Below, in pieces: positions 36,750 to 49,900 of a stretch of DNA of 64,000 nucleotides. The notes below the pieces were generated by a model. That model was given only the letters and a program-made list of their open reading frames with translations. It had not been told where the DNA came from and did not search any database. Source of the DNA: Octopus bimaculoides (lineage: Eukaryota); the NCBI RefSeq assembly GCF_001194135.2, contig NC_068988.1:13323353-13387352 (forward strand), given 5' to 3'. Both the position numbers and the translations under genes were made by a program. Position 1 is the first letter of the stretch, and the number at the start of each line of letters is the position of its first letter.

Positions 36750-39700
36750 GATCAACCCAGGTCCCCATGGAATATAAATGTATGATGATAATGATGAAGA
36801 TTACAGACTAGATTCAAACTAGGAACCATTGGTATAGATTCAAAGCTTGCAATGTTAGGAGAAAAAAATGCCAAGCCTTCTTATCTTCTTATGCCAGTAA
36901 GCAAAATAACATTTAAATGCTTGCAAAATTATGAATGATGGCCCGAAAAGTAAAAATAAAATAGTGAGTCAGTTATACACCTCTTAGAGAACACATAAAT
37001 CAAAACTGCTAGTCGAAGTAGAAAATTAACAAAATGCTGAGAAATAAAATGTTCTCTGTTCAAATTAAGTTTGGACAATGTACACATCCAGGTATAAGAC
37101 AGCTGATGACCACTGGAGGTTGAACTGATTCAAATGTAATGTAGATATAAATACTGTAAATATACATATATATATATATTCTCTAAAGATGAGATTAATG
37201 GCCTGAACAACTGGGTGTGCATGAAGTGAGTGAGAGGGAGAAAAAAAGGTTCTGTGTGTGGTGAAAATTCTTGTGGTAATAACATTTTGGTTTTGTAATT
37301 GACATATTTTCAAACTTTTGAAAGCAATTTGTTTTTAAGTAGCATCTTTTACTGAAATATTAAAAACATCTATATATATATATAAAAGGTAATTTTTGAT
37401 CAACTTCGTGATTACCAACCGAAATCAATACTAAGTGCACTAATAGCTGTTTTAATTCATCACTGGACCTAAGTACAGCTTTCTCTCCCTTTCTCACACC
37501 AAGCTAGGAACCCTGAAAAAGGATTGTGAATGCTGCCTTTTCAACTCTGACTAAGCAATTATAAAACAACAGTGTAACTGGTATAAATATTGCTTTATAA
37601 GAAATCAATTGATTGAAAACATTGATTACACAAACATAAATTTAATTTATACATTTCTTAACCAATCAACAAGCACTTAATTTATTACACTGAAAAATGT
37701 AAATATCAATTTCATGGCAGAACAACACACATATTAATACTTTATGAACAACATGAAATGTGATCCTTACAGTCAGAGACATTATCTATAAACTCATAAT
37801 TTCACTATTGTGTAATCTACATCAGCAGAAATACTTCATATCCCACCTAAACCCCACTATGGAGTACTATTGTCATATTTAAGACAGGAAATTCTCTTTT
37901 GACCACAGACAGCCAAGACATCTTTACAATAAATGGTAAGTTTGTCCAGTTGCCATGCTGAGTGTACACCCCAAAACCCATTAGTTGCACTTCTGTTAAT
38001 CCCAGTGACACAGTGCTAAATATCTCCTCCACAAGACTTTCATGTTACCCATGCCTACCTCCCCCACCCAACCACTAACCTATGAATCTTCAAATGAAAA
38101 TTTTAGTCTCAGAACTCAAAAAAGCTGTTGTACAGCTTATCCTAATCTTTTAGATACTATACAAAACCTAAACTCTAGGATCAGACCAAAAGCTGTGTGT
38201 CTGAAAGGATTTTTTTTTAAAAATCAATTAAAATAAATGTAATTTTGATGATGAATTTTACTTTTAATTCTTTCTACAATAGGCACAAAGCCTGAACCTT
38301 TTGGAGAGGGAGGACATTGTTTACACCAACCCCAGTGTTCGACTGGTACTTATTTTATTGACTCTGAAAGGATGAAAGGCAATGTCAGCAGAATTTGAAC
38401 TTAGAACATAAAACTGTAGGAAATGCTGCTCAGCATTTTCTCTGGCATGCTAACAATTCTGCCAGTTCACCCTCATCCTATAATTTTAATACACACCTGA
38501 CACGTAACATACACAGTAAATATATATTTGATAAAGCATTACATCATAAGCCCCCGAGAAGTAACACGAGTTACAATCCAGAATTATTAAATCCTATTTG
38601 GAGAACTTTGTTTTGATTTTTGTGTGATAGTAGTGGTGGAGATATAGAATGACAATATATCTACTTTTAAAAACTTGATGGTTACACAGTTTCTTCCTTT
38701 AAACTCATCCATTACAACACTAATACCTATTTCTCATTACCAATTTTAAACTCTGCAAGAAAGAATTACATGTCTTTATTTCAAACACTTTCACACTATT
38801 ATGGTCTCTATCCAGACAAATGTCCTGTAACACACTTTTCAGATAGATCATTAATCACATTTGTCTGACACTCTTCAATCTCTGAAGCCCTGCTCTTTCA
38901 GCAACATCCAGAGATAAAAGAAAATACAAGTGAAATTCCTTTTATTTAAAAAGAATAGTTAGTGTTAGCTGAATATTAACTATGTACAGCTTAGCTCAAA
39001 CACATAATATTACTAGCTTTAAAAAGTACTAATAAAAAGAAAAATTATGACTAAAAATCACAAAAAACATCTTGGAAAAAAAAAACTGATAAATCCACAT
39101 TATTCTACAAATTATTATATACATATACATGTATATACATACATATGAGCATATACAGGAATAGAGTTTTTTATACACAAGTATAGAGAATACTATGATA
39201 AAACATGTTTATCCCTATATGCATCAAAACAAGATGAAGCAAAATATAGAAGTACATTATTGAAAAGACATTTAAAATACCTAAAATGTTGCATGTGCCA
39301 TTCGTCATTGTGGTTTCTCATTTTGGTCTTCACCTCAACAGGAGACCTAGGAAATAATAAATTGTTTTACTAAGCAATAGAATGCTCCACCCACCCTACT
39401 GGCATGATAGTGATAATATATGGAAGCAAGCTGTCTCTAGCATTAAGGCTTATGTCACTTTGTTTTTTTTGTTTTTTTTTCTTGAAAGATTTCATGATCA
39501 TGAATTTTAGATATTTGTAAATGTTTTCTGATTCCCAATTTCTCTTTTGATTTATCAGATGATCTCATAATTGTCAGATGTAGACTACAATGCTCATCTA
39601 ACTTAAATATTCCAATTCCTCAGTTAATAATAACTATTATTAAATAGAATTCTGTAGGTGTATGAAAGTACATCATCATCATCAAATTAGAATGTTTTTC

Positions 39701-41220
39701 TCTGTTAACATGTGTTAGATGCATCTTCAAAACATCAAAATCTCTCTCAATCTCGGATCATTTTAACTCTGGGATATGACAGTCTTGTATCTGACCTCAC
39801 CAATTCTTTGGTTTTTCCCTGCCATAGCACCATTCCTTCCACTTACATGGAGAGAATCCACATCAATATCAACCCAACAATGCACACATTAGCTAACATC
39901 AAGCTTATTTTCTCAACTTGTAATACGGTTTTTGTGCAAGTTAATTTCATACATTCAATAAAACATATTCACTCTAGTCTTCACAGTTTTTCTGGATTTA
40001 ATTGCATGTGTTATTACCATCAGTAACAAATTATCTATATATTTTTTTATACAGTCAGTTCTTTTCCTGGAAAGACAGACATTTCGTTGTTAACAGCAAA
40101 CTTCCTCCAGGCAAAATAGATATGAATTGCTAAGTAGATAAAAATACATAAAATTTGTAATCCTTGACACTAATCACATTACAATCATTAATGAAACTAT
40201 TTTAAGTTGCTCTCACCATATAAACCTTGTTATAGATACCAGTCTAATTTCATATTAAAATAATTGGTATACGATTGAGTAGCAACATCTGATTATGAGA
40301 TAGGAGCATCTATTTCAAGAAAATTTATTAATATTGCTTTCAAATTTTGGCTCATGACCAACAATTTCAGGGGAAGGGATAAGTCAATTAGATTGACCCT
40401 AGTAACCAACTGGTACTTATTTTATTGAAAGGATGAAAGGCAAAGTCAATCTCAGTGGAATTTGAACTCAGAATGTAATAAGTGACAAAATGCCACTAAG
40501 CATTTTGCCCAGCGTGCTAACAATTCTGCCAGCTCACTGCCTTAGAAAATTTAGTTATATTAAAACTCACACCATTCAACACTGTTTAGTATAGGTGTTG
40601 CTAGAGAAACTACAGCGTATTTTGTTATACAGAAATTAATAAAAATACCATTATGCTAATACATATGTACATCATCATCACTGTTTAACGTCCATCTTCC
40701 ATGCATGCATAGGTAGGATGGTTGACAGGAGCCAGCCAAGTCGAAAAACTACCCAAGGCTACGGTGTCTGTTTTAGCAGGGATTTTACTCCTAACACTCA
40801 GTCCACTCCACTGAGTGGACTGAGTCTTTTTTTTTTTTTTTTTTTTTTTTTTACATGGCACTAGCACAGGTGAGGTCAGTTGTGGCATGATTTTTACAGC
40901 TGGATGCCCTTCCAAATGCCAACCACGCTACAGAGTGGACTGGATGCATTTAACGTGGCACCAGCACTGGCAGGGTAACCAAGTAACTTGCAAGACAAGG
41001 AATTATGAGAGGGGCAGGGGGCATTTGAGGTGAGGAACTTGTGTCAGAGGATGAAAGGTTAGACTGTGACAAAGAGACAGAGAGAGAGAAACAGGTGTCT
41101 TGTCACAACAGAGAGGGCATTAGATGAGGTGATCCAGTATCACATGATGAAAGGTTAGAGCGTAACAAAGAAATAAAGAGGCAGAAATGGGTGTCTTGCT
41201 ATAGAGGCGGTATGGTTACC

Positions 41221-41257
<37 letters not shown>

Positions 41258-44200
41258 GAAATAAAGAGTGAGAGAGAGAGGTACAAGAAAGAGGTCAGAA
41301 ACAAGTGTGTTGATGTAAAGGAGATGTATTTATGTATATTTTTTTGTCTGATTAATAATGCAATTTAATTCAATATTATTGGCATGTCAAATAATAAGCC
41401 TTATGCAGAGATTGACTTGCAACACAAATTATGCATGCATTGATGCAAGAGACAGAATTAGCCTTTTTCTGTCAATGATGGTGCACAGAGAATTTTAATG
41501 AGCTTGTGGAAACAGTGTGAACATCAGTGCATAGCAGTGTAGGGTTTCTCACCTGGATCTAGTTCTATGATGACGAGGCCTGGAATGTGATCTTGACCTA
41601 CGAGGAGACCTTTTTCTTGATCTGGATCGGCGACCTCTAGAGACAGAACGACGCCGAGAACGTGATCTTGAGTGTCTTTTGGGGCTGGGCCTTGGTCTTG
41701 AGCGGGACCTTGAGCGGGTCCTTGTACGGCGTTTAGGTTTGGACTTAGATCGAGAACGAGAATGACGCCTGTGGCTTTTTGATTTGGACCGAGAACGGCT
41801 TCTCTTTTTATCTGTGATTTCTGAAAATGAAAACAAGACAATGCATGAGAACTGACAAAAAATTTCTTTTATATATAAAGTGGGTTTGAGAACAGAAAGA
41901 CAGATTTCTTAACATGGCTAAAAATGATTTGTCTTAGAAAACATGGCTGAGTGCCAATGACTAAAGATTTCAAAGCTATTTTTGGCAAGAGATAACTCCT
42001 TAGAAGAAATGGTTAAGTGCAATTTCCAGACACATGTCTAGAGGCCAAACCTCATTCTCTGAATCCTGTATATCTTAGCTACAGGACCATCTTCAAGCTG
42101 TTTTATCCATAACTGAGGCCCTTGATAGGCACTATCACCCTGGACAAGAGCAGACCTAAAAGTAGTGGTGATTAAGGGGTAACCCCACACTACAGAACTC
42201 CTGAACTTCTCAACTAGAGTCACACCATTGGACGCAGTTTCAGAACTTCTCCACAACTACGTTTAAAATCACTGAATTCACACAACCATTTTACTTACAT
42301 AAACACATAAATACCGTCTGTTTTCTCTCTCTATCTATCTATCTTTAAGACACCAATCTCTCTCCCCCTATTATACTTTAGCCTCTCAACGAGCACAAAT
42401 TTGCTGACTCTGCTAGTGTTGGTGCCACATAAAAAGCACAGTATACTCAGTAAAGTAGTTGGTGTTAGGGAGGGTATCCACATATATTTGAGTTGTCCAG
42501 GAAGTTCGTGCTGATTTTTAAAGGAAAGAAAAAGGTCAATAAATACTTGCCATTACATTTTTAATCAACCAAATATAAACCATTTTGTTGCACAATGCGT
42601 CTCCATCTTTCCTTTAACTTGAAAATACCCTCTTCCCAGAACTGAGGTGGTTTCATGGCAAATAAGTTGAAAGGTAAGCTACTATAAATCAGCACGAACT
42701 TTCCAGACAACCCAATAGAAACCATGCCAAAGAAGACAACAGAACCTGGTGCAGTTCTGTAGTTTGTCAGCTCCTCTCAAACCATCCAACCCATACCAGC
42801 ATGGAAGATGGATGTTAAATGATGATGATGATGATAAAGAAACAGGAGAAAAGCTAATGACAAGAGCTTCTGTGTAGTTGCACTACCTGCTATATATCCC
42901 CCAAATTACACCTTATGCTTTATAAAACAAAAAGAAAAAGAAATTATGCACTAGATAATATGGCCTTAGATACACTGTTGAACATTTTGCAGATGGATTT
43001 AGTACTGACAGTCTGTGCTGTGTACTGGTATTAGGCCATTCAGTAACTACACAACTTTCCATACAAAGAATTTTACAATGTAGTTGCAGATTCTTCTTAG
43101 TGTGGTATACTTGAAAACACGGTGCCACACAGAGTGAGACATCACACTGCTCACACACACAGTGTTTCAATACAGTCAGTATTGCTTCCTGTCTGCAAGG
43201 GCTTAAGTAAAAGACAATGGTGAGAAATGAATAAATTTTGGTTATTGGTCTTCCAGATCAAGAACGACTTGAGATGAAACAACATCAAGCAGAATGCTTC
43301 AAGAAGTACTGCAAAAGCAAAATAAAATAAAAACAGCCTTGAATGTTTACTTATTTATATTGAAAGCTGAGCCAAAAGCTATATATATCTTTTGCTTCTC
43401 TATTTCCTTTTCCACTACAGTTAATTTCCACTATCAATTACCATGTAATTAACTAATTAATTATTCATACTCAAGAAAGAAGAAAAAAAAAATGAAGGTG
43501 TATTTACCTGGCTCTACAGCAGCTAGTATAAGAGACTGAGCCTCTTTTACTTTTTTCATAGCTTCCTCCAGTTCCCTCTGTGCTGTTTCTTGATTTTTGT
43601 TCACTGGTTTCACAATGGAACTATTAGCATGGCTAACCCTGAAAGCATTTTGAAATATGTTATACTTAGTAAATACATTAGAAAAATAAGTCTCAAACTA
43701 AGGGAAAGCTAATTCACACAGAATATATCTTCAGCTGAAATGAGCAAGCTACTAGTCTATTTTTCCTCCAGTTGAGAGCAACAGGAAGTTTTTACATCTC
43801 CGTAGAATAACATTTGACTAACTTTGAATTTGATATGCCAGGATATTAATTTAGCTGTAGAAAAGCATTTTGACTACCTAAAATATTAATTGCCAAAGAT
43901 GTGTGGAGAGCAATGAGATTGTATGTGTGCGTGCGTGTGTACATAATTCTTTCACTGATTTTGGTCTTAGAACTAGGGCACTGTCTTCAAGGGCTTCAGT
44001 CTTAGGTATTTATTTCATTGATCTGCGTCTTGAATTACAGGTGTAAAGGGTCATAAATCAATATCTGAATAGCACAAAACTATCACAAGGTATTCTTTTT
44101 TTATTTTTAAATATTCTCATTTCTTAAGGCTATGGGAGAAAGAAGACACTTGCCCAAGGTGCAGTGCATTTGGATTAACCTTGAAAGCTCATGCCTGTGC

Positions 44201-46918
44201 TCGCGAGTGCACGATGGAAAATGAAAATGAAATGTTATGACAAGCAGTTTTATTTATTGATAAGTAAATTATGTATTTAATCAAGATAGTTTGTAACACG
44301 TTAAAAGTTAATCAATTTCATGTTCATTGAAATTCAAATTTCATAGCAACAGACAATAATGCAATTTATTTTGTTTTTTCTTTACAAACACCAAAACTGA
44401 ATTAAAATACAAAATATCAACAAAAAAAAAAAAATCAACTCACTTGATAGGTCGCCCCCCTAACATGGTGTTGTTATAGGTGAGAACGGTAGCAACCGCT
44501 CGCTGGTCAGTGAACTCTACAAAGGCACAACGGGTTGGCATGTTCTCCTCGCCAGCCATACGGACATACTTCACTTCACCCACTTGACTGAAGAAAGCTA
44601 AAAGTTGTTCAGCAGTTACCTGTAATAAGAGAAGAATAAAAAGCATGAACCAAAGATGTTTAATCCTTTCATGACTAACCCAGCCACAGCTGGTTAATAT
44701 TACCAAATCACCCAAAACGACCTATTAATATTTTAATGAGAATTTCACCACAAATCTCATTAGTACATTTGTGAAAACACATGGTTTCACTATGTAAACA
44801 ATTAAGTTACACTGTCCACCAATATTGTACATGGTGTTTGAGTGCTACAAATTTTTAGAGACTTTTTCATTTTTTCCATTTGATTTTCTGGAATGCTTCA
44901 CTCTCGACAAAAAATAGATACCAGTTTCATGTTGTTGAGCAAACTTGTTGATAAATAAAAAAAAGTTAGAGCTGTTTCATTAAACCAGTCTAAATTCATG
45001 ATTATTTTAGAATTTAAGTGAAACACATAATGGGTGTATTTTGGTTAGAAATATAGTAACAAAAGGGTTAAGCAAGATTTATATTCACAAAGTATTTTAC
45101 AGGTGAAATAAATATGTAAAACAATCTTGCATTGATTTTGATGACAGAACATTGTAATTTCAAAGATCATTCAATATATTCACAGATTGAATTTCCTGGG
45201 CAAGTGTTTTCTACTATAGATCTGGGCCAACCAAAACTTGTTGAGTGGATTTGGCAGAAGCAAACTGAAAGAAGCTCATCATATATAAGAACTACACAAA
45301 TCATACTAATACAACACTACCAGTCACTACCCTCTCCTACATATCTGAGCAACAATAACATCTTTGTTCCATCTCCCATTTCTCTATGGTATTTTGGAGG
45401 TCCTAACTCCAAAACACCAAAGAAATACGAAGTAAAACTTCAACTGTTCTTCTGTTTTCACTTTTGTATTTCATTTTACATTGTTTTACCTTTGACAAAT
45501 CTTAAACACACACATAGAGGCATGTGACTTAGTGATTAAGGGGTAAGATTCGTGATCATAAGATTATGGTTTCAATTCTTGAACTGGGCGATGCGTTGAG
45601 CAAAACACTTCATTTCACATTGCTCCAGCTCACCCAGCTGGTAAAGGTGAGTATTCCTACAATGGGCTGGCATCCTGTCCAGGGGGAATATATACACCAC
45701 AGAAACCAGAAACCAACCTTATGAGTATGACTCAGAAAAGAGCTTTATCATTTTTATTTTATGTACATACACACACACACACTTATATATGTATGTATGT
45801 ATGTGTACCTGTGTGAGTGACCTCAAATTTCCCTCATCTTCACCTGCTTTTACTGGTTGTAAATAATGTCCTTGCTGTTCATGTGGTTGTGCCATTTGCT
45901 TACAGTGCACCATAAAAGTATGTCTGAGCTTCTCAACATGTTGCATGACCATTGTAAACAAAAGGCTCATTCATTCAGTGTTGTTTATTTCCAATTCTCC
46001 ACATAACTGTGTGCAGGCTATTTGCTGTTTGACAGACACAGAGACTATTACTTCACTTAGAAACAAGTGAAGGTAAGCATCAGGAAGGGCATCCTGCCGT
46101 AGAAAACTTTGAACCAACATACCCTTGTCTGACCCATGCAAGCTGGAGAAGCAGATGTTAACACAAAATGGTCCATCGCCACTCTGATATAGATAAGGAA
46201 ATATTCAAAATGAAAAATCATCACACAATAAAACAAATATATTTAAATAACATAACTTACAGAGCTATCTATATTAAACACATAGACAGTTCGTCTAATT
46301 TCCTCTATTTTGCTGGGGTCTGTGGTTCCTGGAAGAGGTGGATACTGAGCTAAACCAAGAGCAGTCAAACGAGGATCATAAGTGGTAATAACTTGTCCAT
46401 TTCCTTGACCAGTCATCTAAAAATTAAAAGGATAATATTAATCACAAAATTGTATTTGATAAAAGCAAGTGAGACAATGTAGATGTGAAAAGCCAAAACT
46501 GTATAAGCAAAAATGTTCAGTGATGTTTTGGGTTACTTTATATAACACCTGATCATTCTATGCTATTGAGTGAGAGAGGAAACAGTGTCTTCTCTGAAAA
46601 GTAGTCAAACTATGAAACAGTCAGTTAGGATACTACCCTATTTCTTTCTGCTCATCAAAAGAATAGAAGTGTGCTTACATTCTTCTCAAAACCAGGCTTT
46701 CAACTTACATGTGTATATACATGCATATACACATTTACACACTCATACATGTATACACACTATCATCATTCAATCATTTACTGTCCGATTCCCATGCTAG
46801 CATGTGTTGGACATATGTATACATATAAATAGGTGATCTATCTTATTCTTTTTGCAAAGAAATAATTAGAAAACAGAAAAGCCAATTAACTACTACCAAT
46901 TCCTGAGGTAATGTCCAT

Positions 46919-46954
<36 letters not shown>

Positions 46955-49900
46955 AACTTGTATTCCATACCTTATCCCTATTGCTATTATTACCAACATC
47001 AAATATTGCAATATACCATTGGATAAAAGCAATGTTTATCCTATATAAAGATCAACATATGATTATGTGGAAGGAAAGATTATATACTTCAACCAACACA
47101 ACTAAAGAAAGAAGATCATCACATACCTGGCTGACAACATTACTAGGCCACGTTGGTTGGCCAGGAATCATTCCAGCTATAGCTGAAGGTGCAAGCTGCA
47201 GAGCGGTAGTTTCATCTGGAATTTTCCCTAGAGATGAAAGAAATGAATACAAGATGGGTAATTTTTTAAAAAATTAAGGTATTTTTGAAAATAACATTTA
47301 TGACATTGTTTTGATTACTTAAAATATTAATTTCATTTATTTATTAAAATATAACAGCTTTAATGAAATTTGATGATTTATTTGAGTAGGTGCAAGCATA
47401 GGTGGGTGAGTAGGTGCCAGTGTGGTTGAGAAGCTTGCTTCCCAATGATGTGGTTTTGGGTTCAGTCCCAATGTATGAGACCATGGGCGAGTTTACCAAA
47501 TCCTTGTGAATGGATTTGAGCGACAGAAACTGAAAGAAACCCACCATATGTATATGTGTGCATGTGTGTGTGTCTGTACCTTTGTATTGATATCATGTGA
47601 TGGTCATGAATGAGCATCATACAAGTGGTGTTGTTCATGTAAAACATGGCCAGGAAAAATTAGCTTGCTTAGAAACAGGTGAGGGTTGGCAACAGGAAGG
47701 GCATTCGACCATAGAAAATCTGCCTCAACAAATTGTGTGACCCATACAAGCTTGGAAAAGTGGATGTTAATTGATAATGATGATGAATGTATTTACAACA
47801 CGAGAACCACCAGAAAGTTGCTTGACATGCTAGAAATAGAAACCAAACCTCCCTCAAGTCACACCTTGCTGTAGTAAAAAAGAAAAAAAATTCTCATCTG
47901 ATAATATAATCCTTAAATATACAAAAAACAGTCACAGGTAGAATGTCATTGATCATAGGTATATTCAGTCAGAGCTAACTTGGGGTTAAACAACAACAAA
48001 GTGATTATATTTTCATGCAAATGAAAGTAGTTGCATATGATTTTCAAGCTATAGTTCTCAAGTTCAATGCTAACCTTAGCATCCCCTATGTTGGGATTAA
48101 TGCCTATTTTTTTGTTGTAAACAGATTGTGCCCCAAAACACTGGTGTCATAAAAGAGTATTATTAGTCTATAGGCTAATAATGCTCTTTTTGTTCAGATA
48201 AGATTTTCTAATAATTTAATTCAAACTAATTCCAACATCATCATGTCCAGTTTCCATGCTGGAATGGGTTGGACGTTTTGACAGGATTTAATGCATTAGA
48301 AGAAATCTTACTCCAGTGTCTCAATTTTGGCATGATTTTCACAGCTGGATGCCCTTCCCAACACTAACAACAGTGTACTAGGTCATTTTGTAATTTGTAA
48401 GACTGTGGTGCAGCCTTCTGGCTTGCCAGTCCTCAGTCAAATCGTCCAACCCATGCTAGGATGGAAAGCGGACGTTAAATGATGATGATGAAGAGGTCAC
48501 TTTGTAATTTGCAAGACTGAAGAGCACTCTACACCAAGAGGGGCAATAGGAGACAGGGTGTACACTTTAATCAAGTTAATGAGGTTAAAATATGATGGAG
48601 GAAGAGCAGGAACAGGTTTACTGCTTGTAGGTGAGATTCACGGCTTTGTATTTTATGTAAGTGGATGAGGGAGGATAATGATGAAATGCCAAAATGCGAC
48701 CACATGGTAACATGTCCAAGTGATGTAGAGAGAGAGAGAGAGTGGATACTGAAGAATCAAGGAGTGTGGGGAGAAGGTTATGAATGTGTAGGAGGAGAGT
48801 GAAGTCAATATAAAGATTGGGGATTGGGATAGTCAATGTAGGCAGGATGGGGTGGTGGATAAGAATAAGGAATGGCTGCTGACTGGAAGTAGCACAAACA
48901 AGCACCCTTGTTTCCCATTCATTACATTCATCACCATCTCCTTCATCTCATGTTTAAATCCACCTCACTCCTCAACAGAAGAATCAAAGCAGGTGATGAG
49001 TAAGGTACAACCTTACCCTTCAGCCTCCTTTGATTCTTCTGTATTCATGCTGTCTTCTACATAATTACCATTTCTACCTGCTTTGGAGGGGTTAGTCAAA
49101 CAAATCAAACCCAGTACTTATTCTTAAGTCTGGTACTTTTCCTATTGGACCCTTTTGCTGAACTGCTTCATTACAGGGACATAAACAAACAAATGGTGGT
49201 TGTCAAGTGGTGATGAGAGACAAACACATATACATATATAATGGGCTTTCAGAGTTTCTGCCTACCAAATTCATTCACAAGGCATTAACTGGGCTAAGCT
49301 ATAGAAGGCGTCACTTGCCCAAGGTACAGCACAGTGGGGCTGAACCCAAAAACCATGTAGTTGCAAAGTAGGCTTCTTCACTAAACAGTCACGAGTGTTT
49401 AAATTTATTCTCAGATTTGTTCTTGTTTTATAACAGATAGTTGCTCTGTTCTGGTATTTATCTGCTTTGTAGAATCTTAATCTTTTCTGGCTTTTGTTTC
49501 ATTTGTCTGCGAAAGACCTGTTGAGTCAAGTGAACTCATTGTTGTGGCTGATGCCAGTACCACTGACTGGCACCCATGCCGGTGGCACATAAAAAGCACC
49601 ATCCAAGCGTGGTTGATGCCAGTCCCACCAGACTGGCTCCTATGCTGGTGGTACATAAAATGCACCATACGAACGTGGTTGATGCTAGTGCCACCTGACT
49701 GGTCCCATGCTGGTGGCACGTAAAAAGCACAATTCAAGCGTGGTTGTTGCCAGTGCTGTCAGCATGTAAAAAGCACCATTCAAGCATGGTTGTTGCCAGT
49801 ACTGTGTGACTGGCCCTCGTGGCGGTGGCACATAAAAAGCACCCACTACACTCCCAGAGTAGTTGGCATTAGGAAGGGCATCCAGCTGTAGAAACCTTGC

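Noticed and set aside
49541-49850. CRISPR-like repeat array
   Set aside because: The spacers are themselves homologous, there are no cas genes, the context is a eukaryotic intron, and the array is internal to a SINE/LINE-tail element also present at about 29840-30030.
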